Assembly (NCBI GenBank): GCA_963555825.3 | Contig: CAUVXB020000002.1 | Coordinates: 2,208,001-2,272,000, forward strand | DNA: 64,000 bases | Direction: 5' to 3' | Origin: Alphaproteobacteria bacterium | Lineage (GTDB): Bacteria; Pseudomonadota; Alphaproteobacteria; JAAXGF01 | In this document: positions 1-9,027 of the stretch, piece after piece | Layout of the letters: every line of letters begins with the position of its first letter | How positions within the stretch are numbered: the first letter of the stretch is position 1 | Translations under genes and position numbers: made by a program | Notes under the pieces: model-generated | What the model saw: the letters and a program-made list of their open reading frames with translations, nothing else | Told to the model about the DNA's origin: nothing | Database searches by the model: none

Positions 1-296
1 CGAATGGGCGATCGCGCGGCAACGGCGCAGATGTCCGAGCCCGAAGGTGTCGTGACTGTAGATCAGTACGCGGTGGCCTTCCGGATTGCGACTCATGCGC
101 CCGGCCCCCCGATGCCATAGAAACCGACCGCGGACTATGGCACAAGCCAGGAATTGACGGAAGATTCCATTTTTCGGGCTTCCGCGGCCGCCCGGCGCGA
201 ATAAGTTTACGGCCAGGCGAAGCTGGGCTAGGGTTGCCGGGTCGTTCCGCAGGTAAACCGCGACGTTGGGGGCCGGTTCCGGAACGGGTGCAGGTC

Positions 297-2960
297 ATGG
301 ATCGCAGCTTATACAGTTTCATCTTTCGCTTCAGCAAGACGCAGCAAATTTACGTGCTGGCGATCACGCTGTGTTCGCTGCCGTTCTACTACGTCTCGCT
401 CGACATCCCGAAGAGGATCGTCAACGGCGCGCTCGATACGGAGCAAGACGCGTTCCCCCTGCCGTTGGAGTTCTTCGGCTGGGAGATCACCGAGCTCGGC
501 CGGTTTCCGCTGCTGTTCACGCTGTGCGGCCTGTTCCTCGCGCTCGTCTTTATCAACGGCGGCTTCAAGTATTTCATCAACGTATACAAGGGCCTGATGG
601 GCGAGCGCATGCTGCGCCGCCTGCGCTACCTGCTCTATGGGCGCATCCTGCGCTTCCCGCTGCCGCATTTCCGCAAGGTCTCCCAAGGCGAGCTGATCCC
701 GATGATCACGGCCGAGGTCGAGCCGTTGGGCGGTTTCATCGGCGACGCCTTCGCCCTGCCCGTGCACCAGGGCGGGCTGCTGATCACGGCGCTCATCTTC
801 ATCATGGCGCAGGACTGGAAGATGGGCGTCGCGGCGATCGCGTTCTACCCGGTCCAGGGCTGGATCATCCCCAAGCTGCAGCGCACCGTGAACATGCTCG
901 GCAAGCAGCGCGTTCAGGCGGTGCGCAAGCTGTCGGACCGGATCGGCGAGGCGGTCACGGGCGCCGGCGAGATCCACGCCCACGACACCTCGGCGTACGA
1001 ACTGGCGGACTTCTCGTCGCGGCTGGGGCGGATCTTCGAGATCCGCTACCAGATCTACCGCAAGAAGTTCTTCATGAAGTTCCTCAACAACTTCCTGAAC
1101 CAGTTGACGCCCTTCTTCTTCTTCTCGATCGGCGGCTATCTGGTGATCCAGGGCGAGCTCTCGCTCGGCTCGCTGGTCGCGATCCTGGCCGCCTACAAGG
1201 ACCTCGCGCCGCCCTGGAAGGAATTGCTCAACTACTACCAGCGCCAGGCCGATAGCCGCATCAAATACGACCAGGTGGTCTCGCAGTTCGAGCCGCCCGG
1301 CATGTGGGACGAAGACCGGGTCACGGCGGATGTCGAGCGTGCCGAACCGCTCGCCGGCGCCATCGAGGCGGGCAACCTGACGCTCGCCGACGCCGATGTC
1401 CGCATCGTCGACGCGGCGTCGTTCACGATCGGCCTCAACGAGCGCATCGCCATCGTCGGCGCCGGCGGCAGCGGCAAGGAGGAGCTCGCCCAGATGCTGC
1501 CCGGCCTCTTGGCGCCGACCGGCGGCAGCCTCAAGATCGGCCCGCACGACGTGCAGTCGCTGCCCGAGGCGCTGCTCGGCCGCCGCATCGCCTATGTCGG
1601 TGCGCAGACCCAGCTGTTCTCGGCGAGCATCGGCGACAACCTGCTCTATGGCCTCAAGCACCGGCCACTGATCGATGTTGAATACGACGACGCCGCCGCC
1701 GTCGAGCGCAAGCGCGAAATGTCCGAATCGCTGGCCTCGGGCAACACCACCGCCGACCCCGGCGCCGACTGGATCGATTATGCCGCCGCCGGCGTCGAGA
1801 ACCGTGAAGAGCTCGGCCGCGCGGCGATCCGCGCGCTCGGCGTTGCCGAGATGGTCGACGACATTTACCAGCTCGGCCTGCGCGGCGCGATCGACCCGGC
1901 GAAGAACGCCGAGGCCGCCGAGAGCATCCTCAAAGCGCGCCGTTCACTGCGCGACCACCTGGCCGAGGCGAACATCGAGCAGCTCGTCGAGCCGTTCGAC
2001 AAGACGACGTACAACACCAACGCGACGGTCGCCGAGAACCTGCTGTTCGGCACGCCGGTCGGCGGCACCTTCGACATGAATCGCCTTGCCGAGAACGCCT
2101 ATGTCGTCGCGGTGCTCGAGAAGTGCGGCCTGATCGAGGATATTCTGGTCATGGGCTTCGACGTCGCGACGACCATGGTCGAGCTGTTCTCGGACCTGCC
2201 GCCGGATCACGAATTCTTCGAGCAGTTCGGCTTCATCAAGGCCGACGACCTGCCCGACTACAAGGAGCTGATCGGCCGCGCCGACCGGGGCGACCTCGCC
2301 GCGCTGAAGGACGAGGAGCGCGGCATGCTGATGTCGCTGCCGTTCCTTCTGATCCCAGCGCGCCATGCGCTCGGCATGATCGACGAGCCGATGCAGGCGC
2401 GTTTGCTCGAAGCGCGCGCCGCCTTCGCCGAGGGCCTCCCGGAAGAACACGCCGACGCCATCGAGTTTTTCGACCGCGACAGCTACAACGCGGCGGCCAG
2501 CCTGCAGGACAACATCCTGTTCGGCAAGCTGGCCTACGGTCAGGCGAAGGCGTCGAGCCGCATCGGCGCGCTGATCTCCGAGATCATCGACGAACTGGCG
2601 CTGCGCGACACCGTCGTCAAGGCGGGCTTCGATTTCCAGGTCGGCATCGGCGGCACGCGGCTGTCGGCGGCGCAGCGCCAGAAACTGGCGATCGCGCGCT
2701 GCGTGCTCAAGCGGCCCGACGTCCTGATCTTGTCCGAGGCGACGGCGCCGCTCGACGGCGCGACGCAGACCAAGATCACCACCAATCTGCTTACCGAATT
2801 TGAGAGCCGGGCGCTCATCTGGGTGCTGCACCGGCCCAGCCTGGCCAGCCAGTTCGACCGCGTGCTCGTCATGCGCGGCGGCCGCGTTGTCGAGCAAGGC
2901 AACTTCGCCGAGCTCGACCAACCCGACACGCATTTCAAGGAGCTGATCGCGGCGGAATAG
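297..2960 (+). CDS. Fused ABC exporter (TMD + interrupted ATPase domain)
   Basis: N-terminal multi-TM domain, Walker A GAGGSGKE, signature LSAAQRQK, Walker B-like VLILSEA, H-loop VLHR; ATG at 297 preferred to TTG at 234. Confidence 0.85.
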   Translation: MDRSLYSFIFRFSKTQQIYVLAITLCSLPFYYVSLDIPKRIVNGALDTEQDAFPLPLEFFGWEITELGRFPLLFTLCGLFLALVFINGGFKYFINVYKGLMGERMLRRLRYLLYGRILRFPLPHFRKVSQGELIPMITAEVEPLGGFIGDAFALPVHQGGLLITALIFIMAQDWKMGVAAIAFYPVQGWIIPKLQRTVNMLGKQRVQAVRKLSDRIGEAVTGAGEIHAHDTSAYELADFSSRLGRIFEIRYQIYRKKFFMKFLNNFLNQLTPFFFFSIGGYLVIQGELSLGSLVAILAAYKDLAPPWKELLNYYQRQADSRIKYDQVVSQFEPPGMWDEDRVTADVERAEPLAGAIEAGNLTLADADVRIVDAASFTIGLNERIAIVGAGGSGKEELAQMLPGLLAPTGGSLKIGPHDVQSLPEALLGRRIAYVGAQTQLFSASIGDNLLYGLKHRPLIDVEYDDAAAVERKREMSESLASGNTTADPGADWIDYAAAGVENREELGRAAIRALGVAEMVDDIYQLGLRGAIDPAKNAEAAESILKARRSLRDHLAEANIEQLVEPFDKTTYNTNATVAENLLFGTPVGGTFDMNRLAENAYVVAVLEKCGLIEDILVMGFDVATTMVELFSDLPPDHEFFEQFGFIKADDLPDYKELIGRADRGDLAALKDEERGMLMSLPFLLIPARHALGMIDEPMQARLLEARAAFAEGLPEEHADAIEFFDRDSYNAAASLQDNILFGKLAYGQAKASSRIGALISEIIDELALRDTVVKAGFDFQVGIGGTRLSAAQRQKLAIARCVLKRPDVLILSEATAPLDGATQTKITTNLLTEFESRALIWVLHRPSLASQFDRVLVMRGGRVVEQGNFAELDQPDTHFKELIAAE

Positions 2961-2973
2961 TCCGCCGCGTCAA

Positions 2974-3000
2974 ATACCAAGGATCATTGATCCTTGGTAT
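2974..3000. repeat. Perfect 13-bp-arm palindrome ATACCAAGGATCA-T-TGATCCTTGGTAT
   Basis: Read directly; the half-site TACCAAGGATCA recurs at 52048-52059. Confidence 0.7.
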
Positions 3001-3012
3001 GAGGACAGAGCC

Positions 3013-3480
3013 ATGTCGTTGAACGAAGACGTCGAACGGTTACGCAACATCCCGTTGTTCGCCAAGATAGAGCCGAGCAAGCTCAAGCTGCTCGCTTTCA
3101 CCGCGCAACGGCTCACCTTCAACGCCGACGAAAGCCTGTTCCATCAAGGCGACATCGGCGACGCCGCCTACATCATCATCGACGGCAACGCCGACGTCGT
3201 GGTCGACACGCCGAACGGGCCGATCACCGTGGCGACGCTGGGCAAGAACGCCTTCGTCGGCGAGATCGCCATTCTGTGCGACGTGCCGCGCACGGCCACC
3301 GTGACGGCGACCAGCGAACTGACCACGATCTGCATCTCGAAGGAGCTGTTCTTCCAGCTGGTCGGCCAGTTCCCGCAGATGGCGATTGAGATCATGCGCG
3401 AGCTCGCCCACCGGCTCGAACTGACGACGCGGGATCTGCAGGAGGCGGTCACCAAGCTCAAGGCGGCCGAGTCGCGGTAA
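3013..3480 (+). CDS. Cyclic nucleotide-binding domain protein
   Basis: LFHQGDIGDAAYII and GEIAILCDVPRTATV cNMP motifs; RBS GAGGA. Confidence 0.9.
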   Translation: MSLNEDVERLRNIPLFAKIEPSKLKLLAFTAQRLTFNADESLFHQGDIGDAAYIIIDGNADVVVDTPNGPITVATLGKNAFVGEIAILCDVPRTATVTATSELTTICISKELFFQLVGQFPQMAIEIMRELAHRLELTTRDLQEAVTKLKAAESR

Positions 3481-3509
3481 CCGCGCCGCGCCCACCTGAC
3501 CCGACTGAC

Positions 3510-4004
3510 GTGAGCCGTCTCGACAGCTTCATCCGCCGCCTGTCGGCGCAACGCGATTGCCTCGCCGAGGCGGCGCGGCTGATCGCCGGTCTGCCCGGCC
3601 CGGTGCTCGAGCTCGGGCTCGGCAACGGCCGCACCTACGATCACCTGCGCGAGACCCTGCCCGGCCGCGAAATCTTCGTCTTCGACCGCCAAATCGCCGC
3701 CCATCCCGACTGCATCCCCGACGCCGATCACATGATGCTCGGCGATTTCGCCGACACGCTGCCCGGCGTGGCGGCGCGGCTGCCCGCGCCGGTCGCGCTG
3801 GCGCATATGGACGTCGGCCTGCACGACCCGGCCGCCAACGCCGCGCAATGCGCCCTGGTCGCCGGCGCCGTCGCGCCCCTGATGGCGGCGGGCGGCGTCA
3901 TCGTCGCCGATCAGGCGATGACGCAACCGGGCTGGACGCCGCTCGCGCTGCCTAACGGCGTGCCCGAGGACCGCTACTTCATGTACCGGGTGGTGGGGGA
4001 CTAG
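3510..4004 (+). CDS. Class I SAM-dependent methyltransferase-like protein
   Basis: VLELGLGNGRTYDHLRE motif; GTG start. Confidence 0.75.
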   Translation: MSRLDSFIRRLSAQRDCLAEAARLIAGLPGPVLELGLGNGRTYDHLRETLPGREIFVFDRQIAAHPDCIPDADHMMLGDFADTLPGVAARLPAPVALAHMDVGLHDPAANAAQCALVAGAVAPLMAAGGVIVADQAMTQPGWTPLALPNGVPEDRYFMYRVVGD

Positions 4005-4276
4005 CCCGGATTTCTCACCAAGGACAGGCGCGTCATCGCGTCGGGCGGAGCCGATCCGCCAGGAGAAGGCCGCCGAGCGTGGCCTGGGCCACGGTCAAGG
4101 TCTTCGACGCCGCGGACGGCCCGCCCGGCGCGACTCTTAAGGGCGACGGATCTCGGACGACAGGCCGCGTCAAAGCGCTTGCCCGATGCGTTAGCATCGT
4201 GGCCTGCACGCTTTTCCTAGCCTGTTGTCCGATATCCGCCGTGCCTCACCTGTCCATGGTGAGAAGGCCGGGCTAG
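4001..4276. mobile_element. MITE family A, copy 1 (CTAG-ended inverted repeats)
   Basis: TIR CTAGCCCGGATTTCTCACCAAGGACAGG ... CCTGTCCATGGTGAGAAGGCCGGGCTAG; second copy at 53027-53569. Confidence 0.8.
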
Positions 4277-4332
4277 CGCGCAGCCTGACCGAATCCGATC
4301 ATCGGACTATGCGCTGGGACCAACGCGGCCGG

Positions 4333-5211
4333 TCATTGGGCGGCGGCCGACGGCGATCGTTGGCCATCGATGAACGCCGCGGCGTCGCTCAGCACGGGCG
4401 CAATGCCCCTGAAAGGCCTGGCGAGCGCGAATACGATCTCGAGATGCCCGACGTCCGGGTAGATGATGTGGCGCGCGTTCCCGCCGGCGTCTCGAACCGC
4501 CTTCGAAAGCTTGACCGTGTTGGAGACGAACACCGTATCGTCATCTTCGCCATGAAGCAGCAGCATCGGCGCTTCATCGCCGTCGACGAACACGATAGGC
4601 CGCGCCGTATTCTGGTCGGCGAGATGGGCGAAGATCGGCGCGACGCTCGCGGTTCGCGACGGATAAAACGCGTACGGGCCGGCCAGAGCGATGGTGCCGC
4701 GGATACTGTTCCGAGGCACGCCTTCGGCCGCCAGATAGCTTTCATCCAGGGTGAGCATCGCGGCGATATGGGCGCCCGCCGAGTGTCCCATCAGATACAG
4801 CCGGTCGGGGTCGCCGGCGAAGTCGGCAACGTGCTCCAACACCCAACGCACCGCCTTCGCGCCATCCTCGACGAAGGCCGGGAAGCGGACGTCCGGGAAC
4901 AGGCGATAGTCGGGCACGACCGCGACGTAGCCGCGACTCGCCAGCGCATCGGCGGCGAAACGATAGTCGGCGCGTTCGCCGCCGCGCCAGCTTCCGCCGT
5001 AGAAGAAGACGACGACGGGCAACGGACCATCCCGTAGCTTCGGAACATAGATGTCCAAAGCATGGCGGGCCTTCGGGCCGAATCGAATCGCCGAATGCAC
5101 GGTAAAGCCGTCTTCGTCTATCGTCGCATTGAGAATCGTGAACGGTGAGCACGCCGAAAGCGCGAACAGCGCGGCAAGGAACATCGACAAGCGACGCAGC
5201 GCCATGAGCAT
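4333..5211 (-). CDS. Alpha/beta hydrolase (carboxylesterase), probable lipoprotein
   Basis: FYGGSW oxyanion region, GHSAG nucleophile motif, lipobox LSAC; start approximate (5205 or 5211). Confidence 0.85.
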   Translation of the reverse strand: MLMALRRLSMFLAALFALSACSPFTILNATIDEDGFTVHSAIRFGPKARHALDIYVPKLRDGPLPVVVFFYGGSWRGGERADYRFAADALASRGYVAVVPDYRLFPDVRFPAFVEDGAKAVRWVLEHVADFAGDPDRLYLMGHSAGAHIAAMLTLDESYLAAEGVPRNSIRGTIALAGPYAFYPSRTASVAPIFAHLADQNTARPIVFVDGDEAPMLLLHGEDDDTVFVSNTVKLSKAVRDAGGNARHIIYPDVGHLEIVFALARPFRGIAPVLSDAAAFIDGQRSPSAAAQ

Positions 5212-5320
5212 CGTCGTTCGGTGCGTTGGCGATACATTGCGGACGCCGCCAACCCGACCCGCCATCGGCGACGAACACGCGGTACCTCTGGATTCCTGGC
5301 ACCTAATCATGACTCGGGCG

Positions 5321-6079
5321 CTAGCGCCCGGTGAACTTGGGCTTGCGGCGTTCGGCGAAGGCGGCGAGGCCTTCCTTCATGTCCGCGGAGGCGAAGCAGG
5401 CGAGGATTTCCTGTGCCGCCCGGCCCTCGTCGAGCGCGCCGCGCTGGATCTCGATCAGGGCGCGCTTCATGCCCTGGACGGCGCCGGGCGCGACGCCGGC
5501 GAGCGCCTCGACCAGGGCGTCGACGCGCGCTTGGAACGCTTCGCGCGGCTCGAGCCAGTCGAGATAACCGATCCGCAACAGCTCCTCGGCGTCCATCGTT
5601 TCGTCGGCGAGCAGCAGGCGGCGCGCCGGGCCGGGACCCAAACGCGCGGCAAACCGGCGGATGCCGCCGACGTTGTAGAAAACGCCGAGCCGCGCCGCCG
5701 GCATGGCTAGTTTCATGCCGGCGACGCCGACACGGAAATCGCAGGCCAGCGCCAGATCGGCGGCGCCGCCGTAGACCGCGCCGTTGAGCGCGCAGACCGT
5801 CGGCACGCGGACGTCCTCGAGCCCGTTCGTGAGTCTCTCGATCGGGTTGTCGCGCCAGTCGGTGGTCGCCACGTCGCCGTGGGCGAAGCCGGCGCTGAAC
5901 GCCTTCTCGCCGGCGCCGGTGATGACCAACACGCGGACGGCGGCGGCGGCGTCGACATCGTCCAAGAGCGCGCCGAACCGGTCGAGATCGGCGAGCGCGA
6001 GCATGTTGCGCTTGTCGGGCCGCTCGATCGTGATCGTCGCGCGGTGGCCGGCGAATTCGAGGCGCAGGTGCTTGCCCAT
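5321..6079 (-). CDS. Enoyl-CoA hydratase/isomerase family protein
   Basis: AFSAG, ALNGAVYGGAADLALACDFR, EGLAAFAERRKPKF. Confidence 0.9.
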   Translation of the reverse strand: MGKHLRLEFAGHRATITIERPDKRNMLALADLDRFGALLDDVDAAAAVRVLVITGAGEKAFSAGFAHGDVATTDWRDNPIERLTNGLEDVRVPTVCALNGAVYGGAADLALACDFRVGVAGMKLAMPAARLGVFYNVGGIRRFAARLGPGPARRLLLADETMDAEELLRIGYLDWLEPREAFQARVDALVEALAGVAPGAVQGMKRALIEIQRGALDEGRAAQEILACFASADMKEGLAAFAERRKPKFTGR

Positions 6080-6086
6080 GATCGGC

Positions 6087-6884
6087 TCAGACCTCGAGCG
6101 TGGCGATGACCGGGACGTGGTCGGACGGCGCCGCCCAGCCGCGCGCGTCGCGCTGAACCTCGGCCCCGCTCAGCGCGTCGGCGAGCGCCGGCGTCACCCA
6201 GACGTGGTCGAGCCGGCGGCCGCGGTCGGCTTCATCCCAGTCGCGTGCGCGGTAGCTCCACCAGCTATAGACGTGTTGATCGGGCGGAATGAAGGCGCGT
6301 ACCGCGTCGACCCAGTCGTGCGCCGCGCGCAGGCGCTCGAGCGCCTCGACCTCGACCGGCGTGTGGCTGACCACCTTCAAGAGCGCCTTGTGCGACCAGA
6401 CGTCGGTCTCGAGCGGCGCGATGTTGAGGTCGCCGACCAGCACCAGCCGGTTGCCCGGCGCCTTGCGCGCGGCGAACCAGTTGGTCATCTCGGCGAGGAA
6501 CTGGAGCTTGTGGGCGAACTTGTCGTTGACCGCCGGGTCGGGCACGTCGCCGCCCGCCGGGACATACAAATTGTTGATCTCGATGCCGTTCTCGAGGACC
6601 GCCACCGCATGGCGGCCGTCGGCCTTGCCGCACCAGCCGGGCGTCTCGCTATGCGCGAGGGGCAGGCGCGAGAGGATCGCGACGCCGTTGTAGCCCTTGA
6701 TGCCGGTCACCACGCTGTGGCGGTAGCCGAGCGTGGCGAAGTCCTCGATCGGGAACAGCGCGTCGACCACCTTGGTCTCCTGCAGGCAGATGACGTGCGG
6801 TTCGTGTTGCTCGACGAGCGCGGCGATGCCGTTGAGGCGGATACGCACCGAGTTGACGTTCCAGGTCGCGATACGAAGCTGCAC
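6087..6884 (-). CDS. xth: Exodeoxyribonuclease III
   Basis: IATWNVNS, CLQETK, GDLNIAP, RLDHVW, SDHVP. Confidence 0.95.
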   Translation of the reverse strand: MQLRIATWNVNSVRIRLNGIAALVEQHEPHVICLQETKVVDALFPIEDFATLGYRHSVVTGIKGYNGVAILSRLPLAHSETPGWCGKADGRHAVAVLENGIEINNLYVPAGGDVPDPAVNDKFAHKLQFLAEMTNWFAARKAPGNRLVLVGDLNIAPLETDVWSHKALLKVVSHTPVEVEALERLRAAHDWVDAVRAFIPPDQHVYSWWSYRARDWDEADRGRRLDHVWVTPALADALSGAEVQRDARGWAAPSDHVPVIATLEV

Positions 6885-6968
6885 GATGTCGGCGGGTCCG
6901 TCGGTGGCGGGGCGGCGGACTCTAGCGCGTTATTCGATCGATGGGAATCTATCGCGTGCGGCCCGGCG

Positions 6969-7017
6969 ATGCCGCCGCGCCGGCCGGCCGGGAAGGCCTC
7001 GGGCGGCGCGGCGGCAT
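6969..7017 (-). terminator. GC-rich hairpin downstream of DUF1127 gene
   Basis: ATGCCGCCGCGCCG ... CGGCGCGGCGGCAT arms; no clear U-tract. Confidence 0.45.
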
Positions 7018-7029
7018 GCCGTGCGCGGA

Positions 7030-7197
7030 TTAGTCGTTGCGCGCGACCCTCGGGTGTTGCCCGGCGGCTACCGAGTCGATGTCGGCGCGCGTGATGCCGA
7101 TATCGCGAAGCTGGGCGTCCGAGAGGCCGGCCAGCTGATTGCGGATCGCATCCCGGCTGCGCCAACGCCGGACCGAATCGAAGAAGTTCGTCAGCAT
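7030..7197 (-). CDS. DUF1127 (YjiS-like) small protein, 55 aa, absent from ORF track
   Basis: MLTNFFDSVRRWRSRDAIRNQLAGLSDAQLRDIGITRADIDSVAAGQHPRVARND; RBS AAGGAG; LSDxxLxDIG motif. Confidence 0.85.
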   Translation of the reverse strand: MLTNFFDSVRRWRSRDAIRNQLAGLSDAQLRDIGITRADIDSVAAGQHPRVARND

Positions 7198-7369
7198 CGT
7201 TGGTCTCCTTGTCTGGCGAGCCCGGGCACGGCGGTGCTCGGGAGGCGATAGATGGGTTCGACCCGCGCCGCCGACCAGCCGCGCTGGCGCCCATCAGCCA
7301 TGCGGCGACTGCATGGCTTCGGCGCGGCCCAGCACGGCGCGCGCGCTAAAATTCGGCTATCATTCCACC

Positions 7370-8089
7370 ATGGACGTGCTGATCATCGAACATATGGATA
7401 CGGCGGGGCCCGCCGCGCTTGGCGACGCGCTCGAGGCCGCCGGCGCGCGGCTCGACCTGCGCGACGCCGGCGCCGGCGCCGCGCTGCCGGCCGACGCCGC
7501 CGGCCACGGCGGGCTGGTCGTGCTGGGCGGCGTGATGAACGCCAACGACGACGCCGCCTTTCCGCATCTCGCCGCCTGCGTCGACCTGATCCGCGCTTTC
7601 CACGCGCGCGGCAAGCCGGTGCTCGGCATCTGCCTGGGCGGCCAGTTGATCGCCCGCGCCTTCGACGCGACGGTCTGGCGGGGCCGCGCGCGCGAACGCG
7701 GCTTCGTGCCGATCGCGCACACAGCGGCCGCGGCGCGGGACGCCTTGCTCGGCGGTCTCGCGCCGCCGCACTGGCTGATGCAGTGGCACGACGACAGCTT
7801 CGAGGTACCCGCCGGCGCCGCGCGGCTGATGACCGGCCAGGCCTGCCGCAATCAGGCGTTCCGGATCGGCGACGTGACGTACGCCTTCCAGTGCCATTTC
7901 GAGGTGACGCGGGCCTTGGTCGAGCGCTGGGTCGCGAGTTTCAAGGCGCCGCCGACCGACCCGATCGACATCGATTTCGTCGGCCGCATAGACGACGAGC
8001 TGACGCGCCACATCGCCGCCTCGATGGCGTTCTGCGATGCGGTCGGCCGCCGCTGGGCCGCCCTCGTCGCCGCCCGCCGCGCCGCCTGA
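7370..8089 (+). CDS. Type 1 glutamine amidotransferase
   Basis: PVLGICLGGQL, QWHDDSF, FQCHFE. Confidence 0.9.
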   Translation: MDVLIIEHMDTAGPAALGDALEAAGARLDLRDAGAGAALPADAAGHGGLVVLGGVMNANDDAAFPHLAACVDLIRAFHARGKPVLGICLGGQLIARAFDATVWRGRARERGFVPIAHTAAAARDALLGGLAPPHWLMQWHDDSFEVPAGAARLMTGQACRNQAFRIGDVTYAFQCHFEVTRALVERWVASFKAPPTDPIDIDFVGRIDDELTRHIAASMAFCDAVGRRWAALVAARRAA

Positions 8090-8324
8090 TCCCGTCACCG
8101 CGCCCAGGCCATGCCGATGCAAAACGCAGCGCGCCATTTTGTAACGGGGTCAGACACCATTTTTCGACGATAACACATTGTTTATCAATACTATAAAGGG
8201 GGTCAGACACCGTTATTCGCAAAACCAATCCGGCCGAGGTCGGCGCTCCAAAATGCTTGTCGAGCAGCCGTCCAACCCACTAATGTTCGACCAGAGACGT
8301 CCTTACTTGGGGAATGTCGGTCAA

Positions 8325-8756
8325 ATGAAAGCGAATGACCTCGACAGCGCGATCGAACAGAGCCACGCGGCTCTAGGCGCGATCCTGAAAGGCGACCCCA
8401 GTGGTTACCAAGCATTGTACTCCGATGCGGAAGACGTGACTCTGGGCAACCCGTTCGGCCCGTACGCATGCGGCCGGCAGAAGGTTGAAGCAACCCTGGC
8501 CGGCGCCGCCTCGCACTACCGCGATGGAGAGGTCACTGGTGTAGAACTCATAGCGAATTATGTATCCGACGACCTCGCGTGCATAGTCGAGGTGGAGCGC
8601 GGGCAAGCTAAGGTCGGCGGCGGCAAGGAACTCGTCCAGGTAGCTATACGCGTGACCAGCGTGTTTCGATTGGAGCAAGGTGCTTGGAAGCTCGTACATC
8701 GGCACGCGGATCCGATTACGACGCCACGGCCGGCAGCGTCCGTTGTCAGCAAATAG
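8325..8756 (+). CDS. SnoaL/NTF2-like (DUF4440-type) protein
   Basis: DVTLGNPFG and RVTSVFRLEQGAWKLVHRHADP. Confidence 0.8.
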   Translation: MKANDLDSAIEQSHAALGAILKGDPSGYQALYSDAEDVTLGNPFGPYACGRQKVEATLAGAASHYRDGEVTGVELIANYVSDDLACIVEVERGQAKVGGGKELVQVAIRVTSVFRLEQGAWKLVHRHADPITTPRPAASVVSK

Positions 8757-8800
8757 CGCGCTGCCGGTAGGCCGGCCGGGTGCCGCCATACACAAGCGCG

Positions 8801-8900
8801 GCCTAACAAGGCACTGCAGCTGACGTGGCACGGCTCGCTCCAATCGAAGTCTGGTAGCATTCTGGCATCAACCTTGGGTGCCTCGGCAACGGTCATCGCC
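8801..8900 (+). other. Truncated attC-like site (left half only)
   Basis: GCCTAAC (RYYYAAC) followed by AAGGCACTGCAGCTGACG just downstream of the stop; complementary GTTAGGC end missing. Confidence 0.45.
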
Positions 8901-9027
8901 GGCGCCGCGAACTAACGTGTCTGATTCCGCTTAAGCTGTTGTTATTTAATAAAAATAAAGGAGTCTGACCCCGTTTAATAGTCGGTCAGCAGGGTATCTG
9001 GCGCCGGGGCTGACGCGGCGCGGCCCG

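Larger units (their letters stand above)
8143..8975. mobile_element. Low-GC insert bounded by inverted GGGGTCAGAC(A/T)CC motifs
   Basis: AACGGGGTCAGACACC at 8143, GGGGTCAGACACC at ~8199, inverted GTGTCTGATTCC at ~8917 and GGAGTCTGACCCCGTT at 8960-8975; AT-rich spacers. Confidence 0.55.

Noticed and set aside
8178-8900. Functional integron
   Set aside because: No intI, a single cassette-like gene and only half an attC
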